Both the position numbers and the translations under genes were made by a program. From assembly GCA_964016885.1 (NCBI GenBank), contig OZ024756.1, positions 8,866,001-8,930,000 on the forward strand: 64,000 nt of DNA, read 5' to 3'. The notes below the pieces were generated by a model. The model worked only from the letters and a program-made list of their open reading frames with translations. It was not told the DNA's origin and did no database searches. The stretch is from Eledone cirrhosa. Taxonomy: Eukaryota. Shown one piece after another: positions 26,305-37,394 of this stretch. The number at the start of each line of letters is the position of its first letter. Position 1 is the stretch's first letter.

Positions 26305-26684
26305 ATGATTCTTGTATTGTAGGTGTAAGATATGTGGTTGAGGGTTTGTTCACACTGGTGTCCTACCGACACACATGTGGTTGAGGGTTTGTTCACACTG
26401 GTGTCCTACCGACACACATGTGGTTGAGGGTTTGTTCACACTGGTGTCCTACCGACACACATGTGGTTGAGGGTTTGTTCACACTGGTGTCCTACCGACA
26501 CACATGTGGTTGAGGGTTTGTTCACACTGGTGTCCTACCGACACACATGTGGTTGAGGGTTTGTTCACACTGGTGTCCTACCGACACACATGTGGTTGAG
26601 GGTTTGTTCACACTGGTGTCCTCCCAACACACGTGGTTGAGGGTTTGTTCACACTGGTGTCCTCCCAACACACATTTACCTCCA
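26305..26684 (+). repeat. 43-bp minisatellite (about 8 copies) derived from the 5' end of zinc-finger exon 3, with copied acceptor
   Basis: ttcttgtattgtag|gtgtaagata-(tgtggttgagggtttgttcacactggtgtcctaccgacacaca)n-tttacctcca versus true exon ttcttgtattgtag|gtgtaagatctgtggtcgagggtttgctcagactggtatcctgcagacacacatttacctcca. Confidence 0.9.
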
Positions 26685-26909
26685 TGGTTCTATTCATTTT
26701 GAGAGAAGTTATTTTGCAGTAAAGGTTGGATCAGGAGCAAAATTAAAATGTACCGTATCTAGGAGGCGAAGAGCTACAGGGAATTACCCCCCTTCAATCA
26801 GCTGCATCCATCGTTATTCCGGAATCCCTGCTGTCTACTTTCATGGGCAATAATTTTATTCTCCATGACAGTGGTATAAGTGTTGAGAAAGGGATAATAA
26901 CTTTCGGCA

Positions 26910-27102
26910 CTAATTAAAGTCTTACCTGGCTGAGAGACAATCGTCACTAATTAAAGTCTTACCTGGCTGAGAGACAATCGTCGCTAATTAAAGTCTTACC
27001 TGGCTGAGAGACAATCGTCGCTAATTAAAGTCTTACCTGGCTGAGAGACAATCGTCGCTAATTAAAGTCTTACCTGGCTGAGAGACAATCGTCACTAATT
27101 AA
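26910..27102. repeat. 37-bp tandem repeat (5 copies)
   Basis: Unit ctaattaaagtcttacctggctgagagacaatcgtc(a/g). Confidence 0.92.
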
Positions 27103-27168
27103 CTGACGGAACTTTCAAAACGGCTCCAAGTATTTTCCTACAAATTCTTAGGTTAGCTTAACAGGCAT

Positions 27169-27630
27169 CACTTGACTTGACTTCCTTCAACTTCCCACCA
27201 CTCGACTTCACTCAACTTCCCACCACTCGACTTCACTCAACTTGACTTCCCTCAACTTCCCACCACTTGACTTCACTCAACTTGACTTCCCATCACTCGA
27301 CTTCACTCAACTTGACTTCCCACCACTCGATTTCACTCAACTTGACTTCCCACCACTCGACTTCACTCAACTTGACTTCCCTCAACTTGACTTCTCTCCA
27401 CTCGACTTCATTCCACTCGACTTCACTCCACTCGACTTCCCTCAACTTCACTCAACTCGACTTCCCTCCACTTGACTTCCCTCCACTTGACTTCCCTCCA
27501 CTTGACTTCCCTTCACTTGACTTCCCTCCACTCAACTTCCCTTCACTTGACTTCCCTCCACTCAACTTCCCTCCACTTGACTTCCCTCAACTTCCCTCAA
27601 CTCGACTGGACACGTTACCTCCACACAGGC
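27169..27630. repeat. 15-bp acttgacttc-based minisatellite, block B
   Basis: Same family and same terminal sequence as 24560-25160. Confidence 0.9.
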
Positions 27631-27657
27631 TACATATATATGTTTCTTGTATTGTAG

Positions 27658-27866
27658 GTGTAAGATCTGTGGTCGAGGGTTTGCTCAGACTGGTATCCTG
27701 CAGACACACATTTACCTCCACACAGGCCACAAAGGGCACCTCTGTGATACATGTGGTAAAGCTTTTCGTCAGAAATCACAATTGCGTCTACATCAGAAGC
27801 GACATTTAAATCATCGAACTTTTCAATGCCCTGAAACTGACTGTAATGCATCATTTTTTACTAAAG
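27658..27866 (+). CDS. C2H2 zinc-finger gene, coding exon 3 (CKICGRGFAQ...HLCDTCGKAF...FQCPETDCNASFFTK)
   Basis: ttcttgtattgtag acceptor, phase 2-1, donor gttagt. Confidence 0.95.
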
Positions 27867-28499
27867 GTTAGTGGAATCTATTTGGTTCTTTTTTGTTGTT
27901 GTTCGTATTTTTAGGATCATTCTTATCACATTTTCACACTTCAATTGCAACTACTTCCAGGTATCAATTACAACTACTTCCAGGATAGATTTCAACTACA
28001 AACAACATTTGATATCACTAAAACTAATTCTTTAACAATGTCTATCATTTTTCTTAAAGTTTTGTCCCTGGATATCATTAATGAAGAACATTTAATTATG
28101 ACCATTCTATTCTAAGGCGGGTAAAATTCCCGAGATCCATGGACGAGTTCTCTCCAGCGGTCTCTGTCCCTCATTATCGCTGCCATGTCCTGCGTTACCA
28201 ATAGACCAGTGTCTGTCCTTAGGGCATCAACATACGTTAACCTTGGTCTTCCTCTTCTAGTGTGTCCATGTATGTAAATCTCTCACAAAAGATACCATAA
28301 CTGCACAGACTCCACACTCTAACTATCCTTAAACTGACTATTGAAGCTAATGTCTCGATTTTGTTCTTGAGAAAGCTTATTTAAAAAAGGTTTTTAAGGA
28401 ACTCCTGTAGTTTTCTTGTGTAAAAAATCTATAGTTGTTGGAGATTTCTCAAAATCTTTGGTATTCTTGCTATCCGTTGTTGTTGTGATTGATATATGA

Positions 28500-29183
28500 G
28501 CTTGTCCCCTTCAACAACAATGTAACACACCCGCTGTAATTTATGAAGCTGTGGAAACTTCTAACCGACCAAATCAACAACAAGAGGTCAAATCCTATGT
28601 AGGTATAGCGGAGGGCCAGTTTAAAGAATGCTTCCTAAATCATCTGTCGACTATCAGGTCCCTCAAGGGCGTAGGCGTGGATTACTCCATTCAATGGAAA
28701 GTTATTACTAAGTCTAAGCCATACGGAAATGCGAATCCGTCTTGTGGGCTGTGCATTGAAGAAAAAATCAATATCCTGAGGAGTTGGCGTAGTAGTACTT
28801 GTTTAAATTCAAGGAATGAACTTTTCTTCCATTGTCTTCACGTTTGGAAACATCTATTATGTAATTACAAAGCTCCAGACTGACTAACATGGATAATCTA
28901 TTATATGCTGGACTAAATAGAATGAATAATCATCTATTATTATTCTGAGTTACCACAGTCATGGGTTACTTCCCCTTTGGGAAGTGACTTCGTCTGCATA
29001 TGCGTATTCGTACAATTGTTTTTCCTTTTCCGTACAATCTCATTTAAACTGAGCTGATGATTCGACCAAGGTGAAACAATTGTTCTCGGTATGGTGAACT
29101 AACTGTTATGAAACCACTTCTACCTAACTCGTCCCATGGACTGAGTGCTCTACTACTACGGATATTACCCACCAGTGTTCTAC

Positions 29184-29185
<2 letters not shown>
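28500..29185 (+). mobile_element. Penelope-like element 3' remnant: GIY-YIG endonuclease and ribozyme-bearing tail
   Basis: VIYEAV...YVGIAEGQFKECFLNH...WKVI...CGLCIEEK...LNSRNELFFHCLH; hammerhead motif at 29048-29090; ends at (TA)n. Confidence 0.8.
29048..29090 (+). ncRNA. Minimal type-I hammerhead ribozyme motif
   Basis: actgag-CTGATGA-ttcg acc aa ggt-GAAA-caattg-tt-ctcggt; stem I actgag/ctcggt, palindromic stem III acaattgt, GUU site. Confidence 0.7.
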
Positions 29186-29232
<47 letters not shown>

Positions 29233-29257
29233 CACATCATATATATATATATATGTA

Positions 29258-29500
29258 CTTCGTTTTTGAATTTGTTTTGCAAGATTTCTTATTTGAAAAC
29301 GTGTGTTGAAACTGATATTGTTATACTTTGGGTCATGCTGCCAATAAAAACACACGCATGTGTTGGTTTACACTTCCATTTATTATAAACTCCCAGTCAG
29401 TTAGTTTAATAACTAGATGGTTATTTATTTGTTGATAGTCAAAGCTTGTTTGTCACACATTCTGTGACCTCCTCGGCGATTAATTTATTTTGTGTCTCAA
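29258..29500 (-). mobile_element. Penelope-type terminal repeat (family also at 41200-41480, 55537-55670, 55980-56255)
   Basis: Shared gaaaacgtgtgttgaaac...tatactttggg sequence, adjacent to (TA)n, contains a degenerate hammerhead core. Confidence 0.6.
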
Positions 29501-30051
29501 ATATAGCATTTAGTTACAGCCCTTTACGTTCTGATTTAAATCCTTCCAAGGTCAACTGTGATTTTCATCCGTCATGTACTGGGGGTCGTTATAATTGACT
29601 TTCTCCTTTGGAAAGGTTTTACTGGCTGGATGTCCTTCCTATCGTCAACCTCTTCACAGTGTGGACTGGATGCATTATTTGTGCCACTAACATTATATAA
29701 GTTCTCTTACCAGTCAGAAAAGTCATCTCTATCCTATATCAGTTGTTCTGAGTGACTGCTCTCCTAGACAGGTTGCTTACATTTCAGCTTATGGACCCCT
29801 TGTTTGTTCTGTGCAGTCTTAGCCTCGTTGCCTTCATGATGGTTTCAGGAACACATGTCTGTCTCTCATGTTGGCTTTTTTTCTGGCCAAAGTACAAATC
29901 ATTATCTTTATTTCAACCTCCAGTTGCCACTAAAATAAAGTACCAGTTAAGTACTGGGGTCATTATAATTGACTTTCCTCTTCCCCCTAAATTTATTGGC
30001 CTTTTACCTAAACGAGAAACCCTCCTTATTGTTGTTGTTGTTTCCTTGCAG

Positions 30052-30755
30052 GAGATCTGCAGCGCCACAAGTTGAAGCATTCTGGAGCTCGACCATTTCT
30101 CTGTAACCTTTGTCCAAAGACTTTCACCAGACTTCAATACCTGAAGGAACACCTGAACCAACACACGGGGACCAAGCCTTATTCGTGCAAGATGTGTGAC
30201 CTCTCCTTTTATGACATGTCCACCTACTATCGTCATGTGCGGAGACACAAGCTTGTGCAGGACACTGGGACTTCGTTAGACTTACAAGGTGTGGCCTTGC
30301 CAACAACTGGAGATGCTAACGATGATGACGCAGATAAACTGGCAGCAGCAGCAGCTGCTTCGGTATTGGAAGAGGAGGAGGAGGAGGAGGAGGAGGCTGT
30401 TGCTGATGAGACTGTGGCCGTGGAGGACAATACTGCACCTGTCATGACGTACATAGTAACGTCGGCCAATGTCACAGACGAGGAGTGCAAGGCCCTGGAG
30501 CAGCAGGCGGTTGTGGCCGCTGCAGCTGCCGCTGAATCTGGGGTGGCTCACCCCAGCTCGGCGACCACCACCCACCACCTGACCACCATCCCGAGCGAGG
30601 GGCAGCACACAGCGACGGAGGTGTATCAGATCACTGTTGACCCTAGCCTGATAGCGAGGGATGAACAGACCGGTCAACAGGTGGTCACCACCGTCGACTT
30701 CTCGGCCATCAACCTCTTAGCTAATGCAACCACAGAGCAGTACTTAAGTACCTGA
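30052..30755 (+). CDS. C2H2 zinc-finger gene, last coding exon (end of finger 6, fingers 7-8, poly-Ala/poly-Glu tail)
   Basis: tttccttgcag acceptor, phase 1, GDLQRHKLKH completes the finger begun in exon 3, TGA ends at 30755. Spliced CDS 838+205+209+704 = 1956 nt. Confidence 0.93.
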
Positions 30756-30891
30756 TTCCCTTCTATAAAGTCTCCATTGACAAGTGGTTGTTATTATTGT
30801 TGGTGGTGGTGGTGGGGAGTGAAGAAGAATTCATGTGGGAGGGTCATATTGGGAAGAAAGACAAGCAATGAAGATCAAAGATTGTTGAATT

Positions 30892-31359
30892 TTAACCCTT
30901 TAGTATTTACATTACTCTACATATACTGAAGGCACGTGGCTGAGTGTTTAGAGAATTGGATTTGCAATCATTAGGTGATTCTCAGACCGGCCGATGTGTT
31001 ATGTCCTTGAGCAAGACACTTTATTTCACATTGCTCCTTCTACCTGGAGTTGCAACCGACAGATAGTACTAGCAATTGGAAAGACCAATGGAAACATTGT
31101 TTCCTTGGTCAGATTTGACGAGCTCCACCTCACTCGTTAAGCGAATGAGGTCTGGGATCTCGTCTATCGACTGTTGATATATATACTATTATATAGTATC
31201 ACATATCTCATATAATGTTGAATCTATGAGATTTTGATATTATTTATTTTGAGAACAATATTTTAACATCAGTATGAGTGGCCGGTTATGGCTGGTTTGA
31301 ACAGAAAGATGTGAGAGAATTCTGGCCAGATATGGCTGGTTTAAATGCTAAAGGGTAAA
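30892..31359 (+). mobile_element. piggyBac-type MITE interrupted by a CORE-type SINE (about 30928-31175)
   Basis: ttaa-ccctttagtattta ... taaatgctaaaggg. Confidence 0.7.
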
Positions 31360-31741
31360 ACAAATTATTTTTGTGTCATTGCTGTGCTGTTGAAACAGTA
31401 CAATGTAAAATGTCTATGTCGGCTATCCCCGCCCTTTTTATTTCAAGTATTATTTACTTGATAATTACACTGCTTTAAATTTGAAATGTACATCATCATC
31501 ATCATCATCATCATCATCGTCTCATCATCATCATCACCTCCATTATCATTTTTACGTCACTTTTCCATGCTGGCATGGGTTGGACGGAATGTTTCGAGAC
31601 ACTGTGTTTTACAGCCTGATACCCTACCTGATGCCAACCCTTTTTATTGCCTCTTATAATACACAGTGATACAGTGTATCTATTATATAAACTGGGGTAT
31701 GCACGGCATCATATATATTCTGCTTTTCATGCTTATATGGG

Positions 31742-32150
31742 TTGGACAGGCTATCAATGTCCAAGGTTTGACAAACTGTCACTGTTCAAGGTTTGACAGG
31801 TTGTCACTGTCCAGGGTTTGACAGGCTGCCAATGTCCAAGTTTTGACAGGCTATCAATGTCCAAGGTTTGACAAACTGTCATTGTTCAAAGTTTGACAGG
31901 CTGTCAATGTCCAAGGTTTGACAGGCTGTCATTGTCAAAGGTTTGGCAGACTGGCAATGCCCAATGTTTGGCAGGCTCTCACTGTCCAAGGTTTGACAGG
32001 CTATCACTGTCCAAGGTTTGACAGACTGTCAGTGCTTAAAGTTTGACAGGCTGTCAATGTGCAAGGTTTGACAGGCTGTCAATGTCCAAGGTTCGACAAA
32101 CTGTCAATGCTCAGGGTTTGACAGACTGCCACTGTTTAACAGGCTGTCCA
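31742..32150. repeat. 25-bp diverged minisatellite (about 16 copies) with internal palindrome
   Basis: Consensus ggtTTGACAGgCTGTCAAtgtccaa. Confidence 0.88.
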
Positions 32151-32527
32151 AGGCAAGCCGAGATGGATTGAGAGGTGGACATGAGGGGTATTTTGATCCC
32201 TCATGTCAAAAATAGAAGATATGAGAGTAAAATGTGGTTCCCCACCCACTGAGCTGTCCTTGCTTGCGTGGACAGTGGATGTAAAATGAGGATGATGATG
32301 ACACACACACATACACAGACACACACACATATATACATTTGTGTAAATAGAGAACAGCTTTCCTTTCAAATATGTTTATTAAAAACACAACTGTTCAGCT
32401 TTGTTCTTTGTTATTTAAGATTTTTTACGTTTCAAATAAGAACAGGAGCATAAGTCTTTTAATGTTTCCAGACATGCATAGCTCCCATGTTGTGTTAAGT
32501 AGGTATGTTTTTAATGGTTGCTAGACC

Positions 32528-33085
32528 TGAAGGTACATGACTTAGTGGTTAGAGTGTTGGGCTTACAATCATGAGGTTGTGAGTTTGATTCTCGGACTGG
32601 TTTTTGTGTTGTGTTCTTGAGCAAAATACTTTATTTCACGTTGTTCAAGTTTACTCAGCTGTAGAAATGAGTTGCGATGTCACTGGTGTCAAGCTGTATC
32701 AGCCATTGCCTTTCCCTTGGACAACATCATTTATAGTGTATATATATAGAGTATAGAGTGTATATATAGAGAATAGAGAGTATATATAGAGTATGCTGCG
32801 ATGTCACTGGTGCCAAGCTGTACCGGTCATTACCTTTCCCTTGGACAACATCATATCTGGTGTATATATAATGTATATACAGTGTATATATGAGTTGTGA
32901 CATCACTGGTGCCAAGCTGTATCGGTCATTACCTTTTCCTTGGACAACATTGGTCGTGTGGAGAGGGGAGACTGGTATACATGGGTGACTGCTGGTCTTC
33001 CACAAGCAACCTTGTCTGGACTTGTGCCTCGGAGGGAAACTTTCTAGGTGAAATCCCTTGGTATTTTTGACCGAAGGGGGTCTTT
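32528..33085 (+). mobile_element. CORE-type SINE with internal segment present three times
   Basis: tRNA head, cttgagcaaaatacttt core; gtcactggtgccaagctgtatcgg...ttggacaacat occurs three times. Confidence 0.7.
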
Positions 33086-34337
33086 ACCTCCCATAATATC
33101 TCAAATAACATTTACATTACTCTATATATACTATTGTATTTTCACAGTAAAGGATTTACATTACTCTATATATACTATTGTATTTTCACACTAAAGACTT
33201 TACCTCACATAATATCTCACATAACATTTACATTACTCTATATATACTATTGTATTTTCACAGTAAAGACTTTACCTCACATAATATCTCGCATAACATT
33301 TACATTACTCTATATATATACTATTGTATTTTCACAGTAAAGGCTTTACCTTACATAATATCTCACATGACATTTACATTACTCTATATATACTATTGTA
33401 TTTTCACAGTAAAGTCTTTACCTCACATAATATCTCGCATAACATTTACATTACTCTATATATACTATTGTATTTTCACAGTAAAGGCTTAACCTCACAT
33501 AATACCTCACATGACATTTACATTACTCTATATATACTATTGTATTTTCACAGTAAAGGCTTTACCTCACATAATACCTCACATAACATTTACATTACTC
33601 TATATATACTATTGTATTTTCACAGTAAAGGCTTTACCTCACATAATACCTCACATAACATTTACATTACTCTATATATACTATTGTATTTTCACAGTAA
33701 AGGCTTAACCTCGCATAATATCTCGCATAACATTTACATTACTCTATATATACTATTGTATTTTCACAGTAAAGGCTTTACCTCACATAATATCTCACAT
33801 AACATTTACATTACTCTATATATACTATTGTATTTTCACAGTAAAGTCTTTACCTCACATAATATCTCGCATAACATTTACATTACTCTATATATACTAT
33901 TGTATTTTCACAGTAAAGGCTTAACCTCACATAATACCTCACATAACATTTACATTACTCTATATATACTATTGTATTTTCACAGTAAAGGCTTTACCTC
34001 ACATAATACCTCACATAACATTTACATTACTCTATATATACTATTGTATTTTCACAGTAAAGGCTTAACCTCGCATAATATCTCGCATAACATTTACATT
34101 ACTCTATATATACTATTGTATTTTCACAGTAAAGGCTTTACCTCACATAATATCTCACATAACATTTACATTACTCTATATATACTATTGTATTTTCACA
34201 GTAAAGGCTTTACCTCACATAATATCTCGCATAACATTTACATTACTCTATATATACTATTGTATTTTCACAGTAAAGGCTTTACCTCACATAATATCTC
34301 ACATAACATTTACATTACTCTATATATACTATTGTAT
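33083..34337 (+). repeat. 72-bp MITE-derived array (about 17 copies) lacking adjacent TIRs
   Basis: Same unit as the 21304 and 46275 arrays; starts at the SINE 3' end via shared ctttacc. Confidence 0.92.
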
Positions 34338-34556
34338 AAATACTGCAAAGTGTTCTATCCAATGTTCTGACACTAACATTGTGGTAATGGTATATAAGGT
34401 AGTGGAGGCACGTGGCCCAGTGGTCAGGGTGTTGGACTTACAATCATAGTGTGGGTTTCATTCCTGGGTTGTGTGTTGTGTTCTCGAGCAAAACACTTCA
34501 TTTCACAGTGCTCCAGTATACTCAGCTGAAAATAAGTACCAGCAATATCTGGGGGC

Positions 34557-34748
34557 TTAACTCTTTAACATTTACATTACTCTATATTTTCATGGTAAAG
34601 CTTTTACCTCACATAATATTGAATCTATGAGATTTTGATGTTTATTTTTGAGAATAATACCTTAACATCAGTATGAGCAGCTGGTTTAAACAGAAGGAAG
34701 TGAGAGAATTCTGGCCAGACACGGTTGGTTTAATTGCTAAAGGGTTAA
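34557..34748 (+). mobile_element. piggyBac-type MITE, single-unit form
   Basis: ttaa-ctctttaacattta ... taattgctaaaggg-ttaa. Confidence 0.75.
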
Positions 34749-36664
34749 CCCTGTGATGGACTAGAGTCCTCTCCAGGTGGGCGAGTCTTGTACTCTCAGT
34801 TGCTTAGCACCACATAAATTGGTATAAGCACTGGCTTGAGACAGATTATAGCCCTGCAATGGACTGGCATCCTGTCCAGGGGGAGGGGGGGGGGAGTCTT
34901 GTACTCTCAGTTGCTGAATTCCATGGTAACTGTCCTGATGAGCCTCTCATTTCAAGACAAACTTTAGACAAGAATACAACCAAGAATCACATAAAAACTT
35001 CTCAGTGTTAGACTCTTCAGCACCTTCACTACATCAAACATTACGGAGTCAGCAACAATCAGTGGCGGCTGTGCCAAATGGTGTTGATTGCCATCAGGTC
35101 TTTTTGAAACGTTCGTAGCGAGGTCAACCAGGGGAAAACCCCGCCACCATTGCCAGCCAGGTGGAGTCTAGTTTATCACCGTTTTTCAGTGTCGTTGGTT
35201 GAGCAGATGCAGAATATGGCCAGCCAGGTGGCAGGTGGCACCGACAGTCTGTGACCATCCTCTGTAGCATCCATGGCTCAGCTCTCCGTAGGATTTCCTC
35301 GTTTCGCCTCTGGTCGCGCCAGGAGACACAAAAGATCCTTCACAGGCACCGCTGGTGGAATGAGTTCAGTTGTTTCTCTATAAAAACTACCTGGATTTAA
35401 TTATTGAATGATATTTAAATATGTCATTAAAAATGTTCCTAGTAATCTCAGGAGCTATTGCTACCACTGGAAAGCATATGTACAATACACCACTACTACA
35501 ATCATTGCTACTCTGAAGATGAGGTTGTGAAAGTCTCAAAACAAAGGAAAGATGAAAAATCCTTAATAAAAAAAAAATGAAACTGGAACACAGTCATGAT
35601 TTTGATACAATGTATGTATTTTTTTTTTTCATTCATTTCATTTTACATCCGCTTTTTCCCTGCTTGCAAGGGTGGGACAGGAACTGATTCTGGCTTGATT
35701 TCTACAGCTGGATGCCCTTCCTAACACCAACCCCATTTACAGTGAGTGCTGGGTGCTTTTTTGCCGTGGCACCTCCACGACCACTTTGCAGTGGAAAGAT
35801 AGGGACTGGGGTCCCTATCATCTCATTTCTACAGCTGAGTAAACTGGAGCAATGTGAAATAAAGTGTCTTGCTCAAGGAAACAACACATCACCCGGTCTG
35901 AGAATTGAACTCACAACTTTTCGATTGCAAGGCCAATGCTCTAACCACTAAGCCATATGCCTCCATATGTATGTATGTAAATATGAGAAGAATGGAGTGC
36001 TGCGTGGTTGCACATGAGTTACATATGAATAAAATTAGTCCTTCATCAGTGATTTTTAAACTTTCATTGGTATTTCATCGCTTTAAAAATCAGATACCTT
36101 ACCTCTAGTTGGTGCGAGCAATAACTAAATAAAGCTATTGGGACAAGTAATATAGCGTGAAGCGAGCGAGACATGTAAACAAACAAAGATGGTATTACAA
36201 CGGAAAGATAGAAAGAAACAAGTACATGATATCTTTTAAGCTTAAGCTTGGTGAATTCATGGACGAGAGATACAGACCTTCCGACATGGGTGAGATGTGA
36301 GTGAGAAAAGGATTTCACACAGGTCAAACGGGAGGAAGTGAGAGAGGGGGAAAAGCAGAGAGTGAGTGAGTGGAAGTGTGAGGAAGAGGCCAGTCGAGAG
36401 ATAGTGTGACTGACAGAGGGGGTAAAAGAAGGTGAGAGATACAGAGAGGAGGGGGGGGGGGGGAAGCAGTAAGAAAGAAACAGACAATCGCAGCTGAGGA
36501 AAAAATATAAATATAAGAATGGTGCGCTGCGTGGTTGCACATGGGTTACATATGAATAAAATTAGTCCTTCATCAGTGATTTTCCAACCGTCATTGGTAT
36601 TTCATCGTTTGGGTGTATGTGTATGTATAAGTGCGGTGATATAGAAATAGTCGGGCTGGACACC

Positions 36665-36965
36665 GATTGCGCGGTTAAACAACTGGGAGTGAAGGACACC
36701 TAGCCTTTGTCAGGGCATTCTTCTAGAAGGCAACTCAGGAAACTGGGATAACTACGATATAAAACCTGCGGCTCAGTAGTTACCGATGATGTTGATCTTT
36801 TCTTCTTTTCGGGTTATAGTTACTGTCTCTCAGAGAGTGGGATTGGTTCAGTGCACAGTCTTTCCTCACTTTAAAAAATATCTTCATGCACAGGCATTGC
36901 ACGATAGAATTAATTATTAATAATGGTATATTGTGCAATGGCCATACTCAATAACGAGGGGGCAG
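36665..36965 (+). mobile_element. About 300-bp dispersed repeat, probably a LINE (RTE) 5' UTR; second copy at 48385-48698
   Basis: Near-identical gcggttaaac.actgggagtgaaggac...ctcactttaaaaaatatcttca.gcacaggc...aacgaggggg at both loci. Confidence 0.55.
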
Positions 36966-37059
36966 CTGTCATACATATAAGCAATGAGTTAATTAATTTG
37001 TTGGTTATTCAACAAATATGTTTATAACAGATTAGAATCGTCTGGAGTATAATATCAAG

Positions 37060-37394
37060 AATATTAATAAATGAAAACTATCTTTATAGAACCATATTTA
37101 TTTTATTATATATATTTCAAGGGTACCAAAACTTTTTGTACGCTTTCATCAGATAAAATATAAAAGTTGTTTTACAGATAGTGACATATTCAGACAAGAA
37201 CTTATCGTTTTGCGTTCTGTTTGACTATTCAAACAGAAAGCAAAACGATAAGTTCTTGTTTTGGATATGTCACTATCTATAAAACAACTTTTATATTTCA
37301 TCTGATGAGCGCGTACCAACAATTTTGGTACCCTTGAAATATATATAATAAAATAAATATGGTTCTATAAAGATAGTTTTCATTTATTAATATT
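37060..37394. repeat. 335-bp fold-back palindrome with a hammerhead motif in each arm
   Basis: Arms are reverse-complementary around ttgactattcaa (about 37227). Confidence 0.9.
37099..37160 (-). ncRNA. Type-I hammerhead ribozyme motif (left arm of palindrome)
   Basis: Minus strand: tattttat-CTGATGA-aagcgtac...gtaccctt-GAAA-tatata-ta-ataaaata; 8-bp stem I, palindromic stem III; mirror copy on + at about 37293-37355. Confidence 0.7.

Noticed and set aside
26910-27102. cttacctggc in the 37-bp unit resembles the U1 snRNA 5' end
   Set aside because: Match is only about 10 nt and the rest of U1 is absent.
32528-32600. tRNA-like sequence (also 1-97, 30930, 34405)
   Set aside because: tRNA-derived SINE heads continuing into SINE core sequence; no complete cloverleaf.
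34912-34950. ctgatgag motif as a hammerhead (also ctgaaga at about 35513)
   Set aside because: No properly placed GAAA and no closing stems.
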